Below, one piece after another: positions 25,368 to 38,424 of a DNA stretch of 64,000 nucleotides (position 1 is its first letter; each line of letters begins with the position of its first letter). Source of the stretch: Styela clava (taxonomy: Eukaryota); assembly GCF_964204865.1 (NCBI RefSeq), contig NC_135250.1:7750001-7814000 (forward strand), written 5' to 3'. Made by a program: the position numbers and the translations under genes. The notes under the pieces are model-generated. The model did not search any database and was not told the origin of the DNA. It saw only the letters and a program-made list of their open reading frames with translations.

Positions 25368-28300
25368 TCAATGTTCAGGTTGCAGCGACTCCTTTCTTAC
25401 TAATTCCAATACTCTGTCCGGCAACTTGCTCTTTATATTTCCTCCTTTTTCTTTTAATTTTTCATGATATTGTAACCACATTTGTCTTCTCTTGTTCACA
25501 GTTTCAGCGAATTCAACGCCCGCTTTCCTTGCTTTCTTCAATTGCTTCACCTGAGTAAACAATAAAAATAAGTTACAACGCGATAACGTATTTGTGAGGT
25601 TTATTTTTGTTGAGCGCGAATCTAGCATTTCCAACACATATCGACCCAAATGTTTTTACCCATCTGTCACAAAATTGTTTTCACGAAAAAAATAATTTTA
25701 GGTGTGGCGGAACGCCTTAGTTTAGGTATTACTTGAGAGAAATCGCAAAAAGATTTCGAGGTATTTCCACAGTTTTTTTACCGACGGCGCAGCAACTATT
25801 CAAAATCTGATTTTGTGACAGTAAATTGATATTTTTCATGTTAAATTGTATAAGTCCATTCGTGGTTATTATACGTGACCCTAAACCTGATAGTATTTGA
25901 CCAAAAAATTTTAATTCGGATTGTAAGAATACAATAAAGACGCTGCTTCTATGAAAGGAACGAATTTCTCACCAAAATTTCGTCTTCGATTTCTTTCGTT
26001 TTTGCTCTTATTTCAAACCACCACTTCCACTGCAAAAGAGCTGCCCCATTTACATCCACGAGACTGCCTTTACATACATAACATCCAGGGTTTCGAAGAA
26101 TTCCGGTTATTGGAGATTTGATGTGTAATATTCCATCACCATTTTTAACAACCTCATTCATGTTCTTGTACGTTTTAGGCATAATTTTGGCTACACTTGC
26201 TGCATCAGAAGTATTGAGAAGTTTGACACGATCTAGGAAATAACATTAAAATTTATAGGCTCCAATATTGGACTTTTTTAGCTATCTATGAAGATCTTGA
26301 AGATGAATTTAGGGAGAATTTACTAGAACTTACTAGAGTAAACATTTCCTAGTGTATCCCATGTCCCCATTTCCTCAATATTTGCATGAACTTTTTCCTG
26401 TATGATTGCTCTAGAAATGAAATATAGGATTAGTTGAGTAATTCGATGCATTGTACGGAAGTATTAAGGCAACTTAAGCTTATAGACGTACTTTAACGAT
26501 GACATAGAACATATTTTGTTTCCATAAATTATGCAATTGAGATATGTTTAATTACAGTTATACTTTCAATTAATCACCAACGCAAGTAGAGTCTAATAAC
26601 AGTACAGATGAGCTACATTAAAAACAAAGCCTGTTTTGAAACTATGGTTTTTTCATTTAGTTACCCGTGACATAATCTCACCTGTGGGCGGTCATTATAT
26701 CTGAATTATAGTACAAAGTTGTGTTAATGTCGTAGAATATCTTTATTCTAAATTCAACAAAGTATGCGGGAGACGGACCTGAAATGAGTAAATTTGTTAC
26801 ATAAACAAAACCTGTTAAATACCAATCAAATTATAAGCATTGCTAGTCCTAAATGCGGGGTATTTAGATTAGAAGTACGCTTTGAGTCTGGGACGAAGCG
26901 TATTTATTGGTTACCAGTAGACTGGATAGTAATGAGTGGCAAAGTTGTTTGAATAGATATAAATTCAAGCCGCGACCAAGTATACGCCAAGCATGAACTA
27001 ACGGTTTTATATAATTTAAACTACTTGTTTCTACTATCTCGTCTTTCGAATATACATATCAACTTAGTTTTGACTTAAAATATATTTTTTTATTTTCTGC
27101 ACACTTTTCTATTGTATTTTAATGACAGTCAATATCATTTTAACCGTATCTGCTTTTCTTATTTTTACACAGCCAATGAAGAAACACAAGACATTTGGCA
27201 ACCCACGGTGATGTACTTATACCGCCCTGTTTTTTTTTAGTTCAATAATCATGACAGTCAAAAGTTATCTGATGCTATTGACAGATAACACATGCTGAGA
27301 AATTTTATGACAAAAAGACAGGGGTCAAAGCAGTATATATATATATATATTAAGTACGAGTCGGGCCTAGTAGAAGTTCCCATGCAACATTACTCCTGAG
27401 GCCTGGCCTGGATCACGGTAAATAGCGTGTGTATTGCCATCGTTAGGAGATAGTTTTGCTCGATTCTGACACTCTACAGTCTACATAATATTGAAGGCCT
27501 ATACAAATGCCTATTTGTCTAAATTCAGGCGGATTATCCTGCATTTGTCCAAGGCCTAGATGTTAAGGCATTCATTGTATTTCTATAGTTTACCAATAAA
27601 TCAAATAACTCAACAGTGTGTCTTATGTCTCTATTTGCTATACTCAAAACTTTTGTTCAATCTGGAGAATTGCTGCAATAATTCGCTAACAAACGACTGC
27701 ATGCGATTAACGAAATAGCAACTTACCTTTTTCAGCGTCACCCACCATTACAATAGGCTTAACGAAAAAATTGAGGTAACTGGCTGACCCTGGGCATGAT
27801 TTAGCATGAACTGAGAGTGTTGGATGATTCTCTATGACTTCCTCTTGCTTCACCATTCCCTGTAATCAAATACGGGAATATACGAAGATATAATTCGATT
27901 TCGTCTTAACATAAATAGTAACAGCAATATATATACACAATTTGCTCGCTGCTAGGACGTTATTAAGTCGGGCTCAAGAATTGTATGCTTGTATATAAGT
28001 ATGCAATATAAGCGGACCGAATAACTAATGCAATTATATATATGTAGCCCACATGGAGTAGCCTACCGGTAAATATTAAAATACGCGGTCGTTGAGAACC
28101 CGCTGGCAGTAATTTTCTGAACCAGGATAACAAGGGTTGTACGAAAACATTAGGAAAAGGACACAACACAGGAGAACTTTATAAAGATTGCGTTCGGGAG
28201 TTGGTGTTTGAGAAACCGCCTTGACTTACCTTTAAGTAGTGGAGATTCTTTTCATGCATAAATGCAGTAGAACGCAGTGAATACCGCCCAGGCATTTGTT

Positions 28301-31300
28301 CAACAATTGATCCACAATAAGATTGCATTTCATTACAAACTTTTTCAGCCTCTTCCAAGGTTTTGTACATACGACCGTATTTGACTTTTTCCTGGAGACA
28401 AACAATAATTGTTCAAGATGAAGGCTTAGTTTATATTGTGGATGTTGCGTTTATATGTTGACACAGGGAAAATTACAACGCACAGCAAAAATTCCTTACC
28501 CGAATTCCGAGAGTCTTGTTCACTGTTTTCCCGGTAAACTTTCTATAAAAACAGTTCATCGGAGCTGGGGTAATCGGTGACATCTGCGTTCCCTTTTCCG
28601 TCTCTTGTGACGGACTTGTAAATTCAAGATCCCCAACATCTCCATATCCATAAAAACGGACTGTTGCTTTCTCTACCAAGATTGTTCCTATGTAAAAAGA
28701 GACAATTTTTCTAATTTAATTCCTGTAATGCCGCCATATTTCCTGCTTCTCTATAAATATTTGTTTCGAATTTCGAATTCATTTTACCGGTGTCTATCCG
28801 GAAGTTTCCAGCCAATTTTTTGACCAATATACCCAGTATTTTCAAGGCCCAACTCAATTTTTTACTTTACTGTAGTCGTTAGCGGAAGAGTAGACCTTAC
28901 ATAAGTGTATGCATTCGTTGTTGCTGATGTTAACAATATTACCGGAAGTATTTAGCTAGCTTCTATGTTGATAGTGTGATCACTGTTGTTGATACTAATA
29001 GAATATCGGATCGGTATATACTTATAACTCACTTATATCAATTGTCATTTTAGTCCACAATTTATGTTGACTAGTGAATTTTAATGAATAACGAATATCA
29101 CCAAGCCCGCTGTTATCTATCCCTTTCACACTCCAATGTCTTCTCCTGTCAAATTTGAATACGAAAATTGTAATAAAAACATGACATCAATCAACAATAT
29201 TATAACAATAATATTTTAAGCCTTTGTAGGTTTATGAATGCTTCCATGACAATCTCGCACAGAGTGTACAATGACACGCCAAACGGAATGATATTAAGTA
29301 TACATCCAAATGCCAATGGCTCTGCAAAGCCTATATATAAATGTTAAGAGTTTAAGAGCTTTATATATACATATACTAATTTTTATATTGCTCAATATAT
29401 ATGAGTTACGGGTAAAACATTTGTGATGAATGCTGATATGCTAAAAAGAACCTCGAGAAATTGTTTCTATTGTAAACTGGTAACTAACTTTTAGTGGAAA
29501 ACATGATTATTTTTTATTTATTCCGGACTTGTAGAATGATTACATTCATCAGATGTTTACGTTATAAGTCAATTCTGATAATATGAAACTCACGAATGAA
29601 GATAGCTGCCTATCCCATATAACGGACTAAACCACCAGGGATGTTCATGAGGAATCATTTTGTATCTTCCATATGTGGTATTGGTTGAAACAATCACCAT
29701 TTTATTACGAGCAATTCTGAAAAATAACATTTTTAGGCTTGCTTAGTCATTGGTAAAAAAGAATGCTTGAACGGATCTCCGATCTGAATCTTATCAAAGT
29801 CAAGTGGGCCAAATCCAAGAAGTACGCAGAATATTTGTATGTTCATCTACTCAAGCGTGCTTACCAAAAGGGCTGTGCTGAAAAGTTCTATCCTAACAAT
29901 AAAAAAGAGTTAGAGAGGAAAAATGTAACGCGTCTACCGTTTAGTTTGCGCTTGAAAACTTAAGATAATTTTTACCAACTATCTTGCAGATGAGCATACT
30001 GAAAAATAATTCAGACTAGCAACAATCAGGCTATTAAATATCAAAGCCATTCTATGCTTACCTCATTTCCATATCGTTATCTTCTCCACCCCATCCCCAA
30101 AAATTGTTGCTGTGTCCGTTTGCTTTTATGTAATTTTTTACAGATATTGCAGTGACTCCGCCAAATCTCGTGCCATAGTTTAGAGTGTAGTTAAATTTGT
30201 CAATAGCTTAATTAAAAAATAAAAGAACAATAATTACTTTAATGACAATACTTTTAAGATTTGGACAAGTTTAAGGTGTTTAATTTTACAAAGAAGAACG
30301 ACGCTGAAAATGCGTCATGATGTCAACTCGCTCGCTTTGTTAAGCATTCTCTTCACTGGTAAGGGTCGCAGATGAATATATAATATATTTTTGAAATAAA
30401 TTTTATCCAGTGGTAAACTGACATAACTCTTTAATCGCATTTCTCCCTCTTTACTAACAGTTCCTCATTATTTTCGTGCAAATTATATTGACATGAAATT
30501 CCGATAAAACTTGAAAGTTTAGAAAAATTTCCACTCGACAATCGCTTAATAACAAATACTTTACAAAAAAATTCCCAATAGAAATAGACGAAAATCTTTG
30601 GAGTAGGATTGAAACATAAAAACACTTGGATTCCAGAAGTCAAATGATACCCATTTAGTTCAGTTTATATCAAACGAAGCAACTGTGGAATTTTACCCGG
30701 AGAAAGATGTTTTGGCATCTTCGAACACGTGTGTAAATTTCTGTCATCTTCCACAAGCATGTCTACATCATGAAAAATGACACAATCAAAATTAATTTTT
30801 GAAAATTTTATAATTTCCAGAAAAGCTGCATTCATCACACGCGCTTTATTGAAAGCTCCATTATCAAATTGCTCAGCAACAAAAATGCAGTATCGAAGTG
30901 ATTGCCGCTGAAAAATGATGAGAATCATAAATAAATTTGGGAAAGGATGATTTCACCGCACAAGATATAAAAAAGATATGGCGAATTGCCGTTTTCTTCT
31001 TTTGTTATTCTCTGTTGTTGCTTGTCAAATGTTAGTTCGTCATGATGACTACATTTCTGTAAATTTTTGAGCATCTAATTCGTTGACATAGTTTAAATGT
31101 TAACTTCGCTGTCATAGATATCACGCTGAATCATATTTGAACTGGCTAATTTTTGAACTTTAGCATTATATATTGCAAAAATATCCAATATATTTATGGT
31201 CTATGGATTTAGCAAATAATAATCGCACCTGTAAAATAGGGTTTAGATGATTCATCAACGTAATAAGATGCTCTTTTCTATCTTTATATGGTATAATGAT

Positions 31301-32709
31301 GGCCACAGTTTGACGTGCCACGCACCAAGTAGGTTCAAAGCAACCGTTCTCCATAGTTCCGCCTGACTTCATAGCTTCATCTTCGGTAGGAGAGTATGAT
31401 GCGTTCACTTGAAGAGGACCAACTGGAGAAGAAGATTTTATTATTAAAGAACACATTTGCAATATACGACGTTTTCACGGTTTATTGAACAACCACTAGA
31501 TCCGATAGTTTAGGACTGTCGGTCTCTCAGTGTGGCATATGAAAAGGTTCTTATGCTATCATAGGCATAATAAAAAGCGGCACTATGTATCAGTCTACGT
31601 CTTATACAGAAAGGCGGAGAGAGATTAGAAACCAGAAACTGTACTACACACATACTGACACGGAACCCGCATGGGTATTTTTCAGACAGAGGAAGTTCAA
31701 CTCAAAACATGCCAAATGTAGATATACTGCAACCACAGTAAGCCTTAGTACGGTCTTTATCAACCACTGTGTACAAAAATCTCATTCAATATCAATTAAA
31801 TGATATTATTTTCTTAAAGTTAGATATATATTTTCAATACCCAATAATTTCGAATATTCTGGGCAAATGGAAAGTTTGTTCGATTCGGCGGTAGCTCGTT
31901 TGGGTGATTCCGACTCTTGAGATTTGGAACGATTTTCCGTTTCTGGTGGTTCACTTTCATATGACCTGTAGATAGGCTTCTGCTCTGATGCGTTGTCAAT
32001 GCTGTCAGGCTCAATTGTCACTTCTTCATTCTGAAATATAGTAATGAAAGTTAGTATAACAGATTGGATGATAATTTGTCCACAGAACAAATAGCAATTT
32101 TGAATTACTACTAACGCCGATCCAGAAGATGGGAAAAGAAAAACATTCCATTCAGAGGAAATGAATCACAATTTACTTTTATTTTATGGTGAACTCATTA
32201 AACGATATAAAATTTTGGAGAAATTTTCTTGCACTAAAATAAGGGATGATTACACAACGCATCCTGATACCAATCTTGAGGATAAATTGAAAGATATATG
32301 ATGCGATTTCAAATCATAACGAAAACGAAGAGGTGGAGATTTGACTTACAGAATCTGCAACAATCTTGTCGCCATATCCCTCTGTTGGAATTTCAGTGCT
32401 GGTGTATTTCCTTGTATATTCCTTCGCTTTTTCCTGTTTTTCAGTATATTTCTCCATTAGTTTTTCATCTTGAACAGTGCTTTCCGAAATATCATTGCTT
32501 TCCGAAGTCGTTTCTTGATCTTCATTTTCATCATTATTTTCTGTATTATAATCTTTTTTTATAAAATTCCGCTCTTCGTAATGATCATTTCGTATTTGAA
32601 GAAAAAGTCTGTTTTCTTTATCAGTGTTTAGGTATATTTGCATTGCAACGAGCATCAACATAGTTGTCGCAAAAATAACAATCGCAAGATGCTTAAAAAG
32701 TTTCTTCAT
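25368..32709 (-). CDS. GT7 beta-1,4-galactosyltransferase-like type II membrane protein with long C-terminal extension, 788 aa
   Basis: Fourteen phase-consistent coding exons: 32709-32350, 32030-31841, 31422-31229, 30907-30697, 30206-30062, 29716-29594, 29145-29102, 28687-28500, 28391-28230, 27859-27727, 26778-26682, 26410-26334, 26232-25973, 25550-25368 (2367 nt). N-terminal TM helix and acidic stem; motifs CPEYSKLLVGP, AIIIPYKDRKEHL, FNKA, FHDVD (DxD), FGGVTA, WGWGGEDND and YKMIPH. Confidence 0.9.
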
Positions 32710-35700
32710 CTTGGAAAAGTTTTTGTTTCAATAAAAATCATAAAAACAAAATGCGCCAGGAAATCTTCAAGGATTCAATGTTGTTTCATTTTTTAATTTT
32801 TTAATTTGGTTATTCTGTAAATTTACATTAAGAGAAATTTATATAACACAAGCAGTATATATGTCCACGCACATAATTGAGCTTTTATTTAAATCATGGT
32901 ACAAATGTTCAACCTTAGCCTCCAGCCAAGCTTTTCCAGATCCAATCGAAAACGAAAGCTAAAATGCACACTGGACATTATTTAAGTCCGGTAACTCAAA
33001 TCCTAATATTTAAAATATAAAATTGACTTATAACGGTATGTTGTAAACAAAACATCTGTTCGCTCATATCAACCTCTAACCTTGACAGCATCACTTATCC
33101 CATTCTCATTGTAACAGCTCAACTTACTTTCACTGGTTTTAATTCAAGTTAGATTGGTGATAAATGTTAGATCGAAGTTTACATTGCTACTGAAATACAA
33201 TTTATAAACAATGAAATTGAAACTCTCAATGAAAATAACTTGAAATTCAATATGCATTGAAGATTTTTGCAACACTTAGTTTTTAGGTTCAATACTGAAC
33301 TACATATAACGCGGTTGCATAAAATTGGTTATCACCTATTAAAAGCATCAAATGAATTTACGTAAGAAGTGGTGTTGTTACTTCAACGTCCTTATTTTTT
33401 GATAATAGACATTTATGCTACAGGACACAGGCGATCTCACATATTACTGCCAAGCATATTTTCACTTTTACAGACTGCTACCAACCTCCAACATATTCAC
33501 AGAAACTAAAATGATCTGTACTAGCAATTGATATCACTGATATCTATATAACTAACCAGTAATATCTAATAAACTGTGCAGCATTTGATCTAATTGCTGG
33601 TCAACGGCTTCCACAATATCGTAAATGAAGGCAAATACCCCCAGGCAATACAAATTATCGAAAACGTGTTTTGCTTGTTATAGAATACGTATACTATCTT
33701 TTTTATTAACGTAATGGTTTGAGGTTTGGATCAAGCGTGACTTGCGTGTATATAATTGAAATACACTTCTTATCTATAGCTAGTGATTGGTGGGAGAAAA
33801 TATGGCTGTTTAATCCTTAAATTTTGGTTCAGGTATTTATAAACTATCCATGGATTAAAAGTTTATTAACCCTATGTTACATGGCTTTTTCGATCTATAC
33901 CGTCAATATGGTGAGGACTAATGAACTTGGAAGCTTAAAACCGAATTTGTTTATCGTTTTTTCCCGAAACATCAACGCCATCAGAACTGATATTTTAGGG
34001 AATATGGCAGCTTAGAGGTGAAATAACCCAATCATTTATATATTAGTTCTGGTCATTAAACTACCTATATATTAAATAAATTTATCTCATATAAGACATA
34101 CATCATATTGTTCTGATAAGATGATGACAAAAACATGTATGTAATCGCCACTTGACATTGGCTTGGCATCTATAAATAAAACTTGATTCCGTTAGACATA
34201 AATTCCGCAAAAATAAGACACAAAAATTCACATATCGTCCTTATTAAATATCAGCACATCCTAATTTGCTATATTTTAGAACCTGGTTGTTGAAGCATTA
34301 ATAAAATTGATAGCGTCTCAGCTAATTTAACACCCCTTTATCACAAACCAAATTAGCGAAAGCTTCGTTTTTAGAAGTTATATATGCAAGATGTCAAAAG
34401 TTTATTTGATGAATAAATATATTTAAATAAAAAAACTTGGTATATATGTAAATGATATGAATATTCCACCGTTAGTGCACCCTGCTGCTCACTGGAACGA
34501 CAATACGCCCGTAAACATGGTCCGAAGAATTAACTCATCGATGCCGCAAGGTGTCTCGCGTAATTGCCCACATAAAGAATGTGAACTTCCTGAAAAAGAT
34601 GTCGTTCGACTATTGTTATATTTGCTCGTCGAATTTTGTCTATTACAAGAAAGATACAGCTAATCTGAATCTTACAGTGAAGAAAGTACTTAGCCTGGTT
34701 TAACCAAATTGTCTAATAAACCTGTAAAATTCTATGTATTGTTATATGGTTTCAGTATTTGAATCAATTTTTCTTCAAACCTTGCTCTAATCAAAAAAAG
34801 GCATGAAGCAATTAAGCAAGCATTTTCAATGTCTCCAAAATAAACTATACCCAACCTGAGAGGATTGCATGAACCAACGTAACAGACTATGGTATATATA
34901 TACTTTTATTTACATTACATATATATTCACTAAAATTCTTACACACAAACAAACACAATAAATGAACAAACTACCCCACCAATTTCTGATGTGTTAATAT
35001 AAAACCTACAATTTGTATGTTGCTGACTTAAAATACGTTGTTGAATAAAACAAAATAATTAAATATTTAAATTCAAATTGTAGAAAACAATAACAAATTG
35101 TAAACTACATCCATAATGCAATTATAGTACGATATAATACATAAAGCAATTTCACATTTGCGAAATGGTTCAATAATAACACTGCAATAAATGCAAGCAA
35201 ATGGAGACTTAGTAGTATTACAATCGTTCTTAGGAGCGATGGTGTTATGGTTATGGCGTTGTACTGACTACGTTGGTATCGTATGGACATTCGACAGGTC
35301 ACGTGAGCGGGGGATCGCCAGGTATGATTACCTGGTATGATGATTCGGTGAGAATAAATTGGACCAATTTAAGAGATGAAAAACCCGCGCGTTGGTGTAA
35401 CTCTTCGAAATTAGCCAAATTTGGAATAGAACAATTGGCACTAATTAGGACAGTCCAAAAATAATTTGAAACCAAATCAAAGTAAAAAACTTTCAGAAAA
35501 CAAAACTATTCTACTGTGAACTACTTTAATTAAAGGAATTGGTCTAACAACTGCAGAAAAGAAGATGTTGTCAACAACATGAACAACAATACAGCAACAC
35601 TACTGTCTGCGAGTTGTTTCTGTAAATAGTCAGATTTTCAGTATAAAAAATGAAAAATCTCAAGGCTCAATTGGCCATACAGAAACATTTCACATCCAAG

Positions 35701-36848
35701 TAGGAACATTATCCAAACAAAGCATTTCCGTAACTAGTCAGGCTCGTCATAAGCCTCAAGGTGAAACCACCATGTCGTTGGAAACACTGTTGATTGAATG
35801 AATGTTATATGCTGGATTTTGATATTTGAAAACATTTATTAATGATGTTCTGTTGTTGCCTTAATTTTTGGTACAAAATAAATGAAAGATTGATAAATAT
35901 CGCCTAAAAATTTATGATAATTCATTCGGGAATTTTTGCAAAAATTGCTACAACACATTGTTTTTAACATACGCACGAATGTGAATCAATTGTTAAAATA
36001 TGGTACAATACTCGAATTTAGAAGATGACTGGACTTTTTATAAATAAATTAACCATTATTAATTCTCAGATTGACGTTATTTGTTATGCCCTAACCTTTG
36101 CTTTATCGGTGAGCTTGAACAACGGACTAGCCTTGGTTCGAGATCTTTAATACGAATGCGATACCAACATCTTATCCAAACGCACTAATCACTGAGTCAT
36201 CGCGACCAAAGTTGCGACATTATTGGCAGAGCATTCGGCTGCTTTCAAATTGGTAAACTTCGTAACATAGAACTATATATGTGCCAAACGGGGTTAAGAC
36301 TTTAAGGGTCTTTATATAGATGATAGATGCATTTGTCACTACGTTAAAACAGAATTAGAATCATAACACTGTAAGTTGAGAGGTACATCCTCCAACAATT
36401 ACTACTTATATGCATCTAGAATGAATATCCACCTAACAAGACCAGGTGTGGAGAATGGGCAAGCATTCGATTACCAGTGGGATAAATACAAAGTATAATC
36501 CTAATACTACCTATATAAAATACTATCGACACAGAGTTGTAAGTCGAGCCGAGTTTATCTGTACAGGATTGGGTGCGCGATTTAGTTTGATGGAAAATGA
36601 ACAAATTTGTCAATTATCAAATTCAACTAATTAACAGGTATTGAAATCCCCCATAAAGATTTGTTTTATTTATTAAATAATTTTACCAATTTCATTAAAT
36701 TTACAAATACAACAATTTTAATTCTGGATTGCGCTTGGAATTGTGAATTCTGGTCAAGTATATGGGTTAAAATCAGCTCGCTTACAACTCTGTGCCCCTA
36801 AATAGTCACTCACGCTCGCACTCAATCAATTATAATTAAACTTTTATG

Positions 36849-38424
36849 TTAATGTTTGCGATGTAAACCCAAGCATCGCGCAAATGGGAATAACAAGCAT
36901 TTCAGAAACTTGCTTGCTTTCTTCCCCTTTGCTTTCTGTCGAGGATGAACACGTCGGTGGTTACGACTTGTGTTGATTGACTCGTTTTCCATTTTCATGG
37001 GTTTCAGTTTTGCCTCCATTGCTTCCTCTGTTCTTGCTCTCTCAAGGCTGTAAAGAATTATATATATGTGTCAGATGGAACTCTGAAACAGGACTTTACT
37101 TGAACGCAAATTGAATCACTGTGTGCGTATATATGACTAGCCACTTGGCCAAAAGAACTTACACGCTGCTCTAGTCAAATATTATGTCGTGACTCTAATA
37201 AGTGTTACCATTACTGGCGTTTAAATTTACCCGTTAGTAGAAGCAGACGGGACATACGATTTTCTTATTATACATAACTCTTGATTCTACGTTATGAGAT
37301 GCTAAAACCGTCGTTAATTAGAAATAAATAAACACAAGTTAGTAATCACCATTCATCAATGAGTTTGTCAACCATCACGTTGAGAATTTCCGCTACGTTG
37401 CTGCAATATTCATACGATAAAAATATTTCTTCCGGATAATTCGGGATGGGGAAGGCGACTGCTTGTGGTTTAGGATCATGAAACGATTCTTGATCAAACA
37501 ATCCAAGAATGTTGTCCTCCAGTTGCAGGCTTTCCAAAGATCCTTTTTAAACAAAATATGTTCAATATAGGGCACGAAACTTGAACTTCCCAACGGTTAT
37601 TTCCATTCACAAACATTAACATTTTCGTTAAAATGTAGTTCCAGACGAGCCCTCAGCACCTTGGCTACAAATATGTAGGGCCGACCGGTCGGCTTTAATC
37701 TATAAATACGAGTATAGGTCATCACACTTATTTGTTCCTATACTACGCCTCAATATTGTTTCACATTTCACTCTGCTTACTCAAACTTACTTAAATTTGG
37801 ATAGCTGCGTGTCTCCATTATCGGAACAATTACCTGATCTTGCGTCATCACGATAGGTTCGCTAGCCATTTTCTCCATAATTTTCTGGTATTCGACATGC
37901 TTCGTTTCGAACAAACCTGGGAATTTATAGCTAATTTTTTAACATCTATATTTTAAAATTCCATTACATATTTTAAAAAATATACTTACTCAAGATGCAA
38001 GGTGAACTTTGAGTGCTCAGCCAGCATTCCTGCTTCGGTTTTTGAATGATTGATGGATTGAGATAGTACTCGCTTCTCCACTTTTTGGTTGTCGTTAGTG
38101 GTGAGATCTATGTAAATTAAAATAAATTGTACCGTGGACATTTTAAATAGTAGTGATACAAATATCATGCCCAAAATGAAGCGAAAATTCAGAAAGATGA
38201 TATGTAGTAGTATATTCGGTAAACTAATAGCGAAGAGGTTTGTTAACGTTTACGCTATCTTAACTTCACCCTAAATAACTCTTTTCTACAAAAAAGTAGT
38301 CAGCTGATGTACAAGATTAATGATAGGTTTATAATCTTTTGTGAGAAAGTCTCCCATATTCTTTTGTAGAAAAAAAAATCGACACAGTTATCGCATTATT
38401 CATTCTCGACTGCATAATTTTCAT
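36849..38424 (-). pseudogene. Array orphan gene, copy 1: exon-1 splice donor deleted (probable pseudogene or altered 5' end)
   Basis: Exons 2-5 are intact (38107-37990, 37916-37791, 37542-37350, 37047-36849). A ~76-bp block containing ...GGGGATATGATG|GTAAGC, present in copies 2-5, is missing at ~38395. Confidence 0.65.

Noticed and set aside
37393-37593. ORF MGSSSFVPY... and copies
   Set aside because: It overlaps exon 4 in another frame and stops before the donor; it is incompatible with the flanking exon phases.
37986-38174. ORF-track protein MGMIFVSLL...KFTLHLE and its four copies
   Set aside because: It begins in intron sequence. Splicing in this frame hits a stop in the next exon, whereas the ISPLTTTKKW frame splices cleanly and shows a synonymous change between copies.
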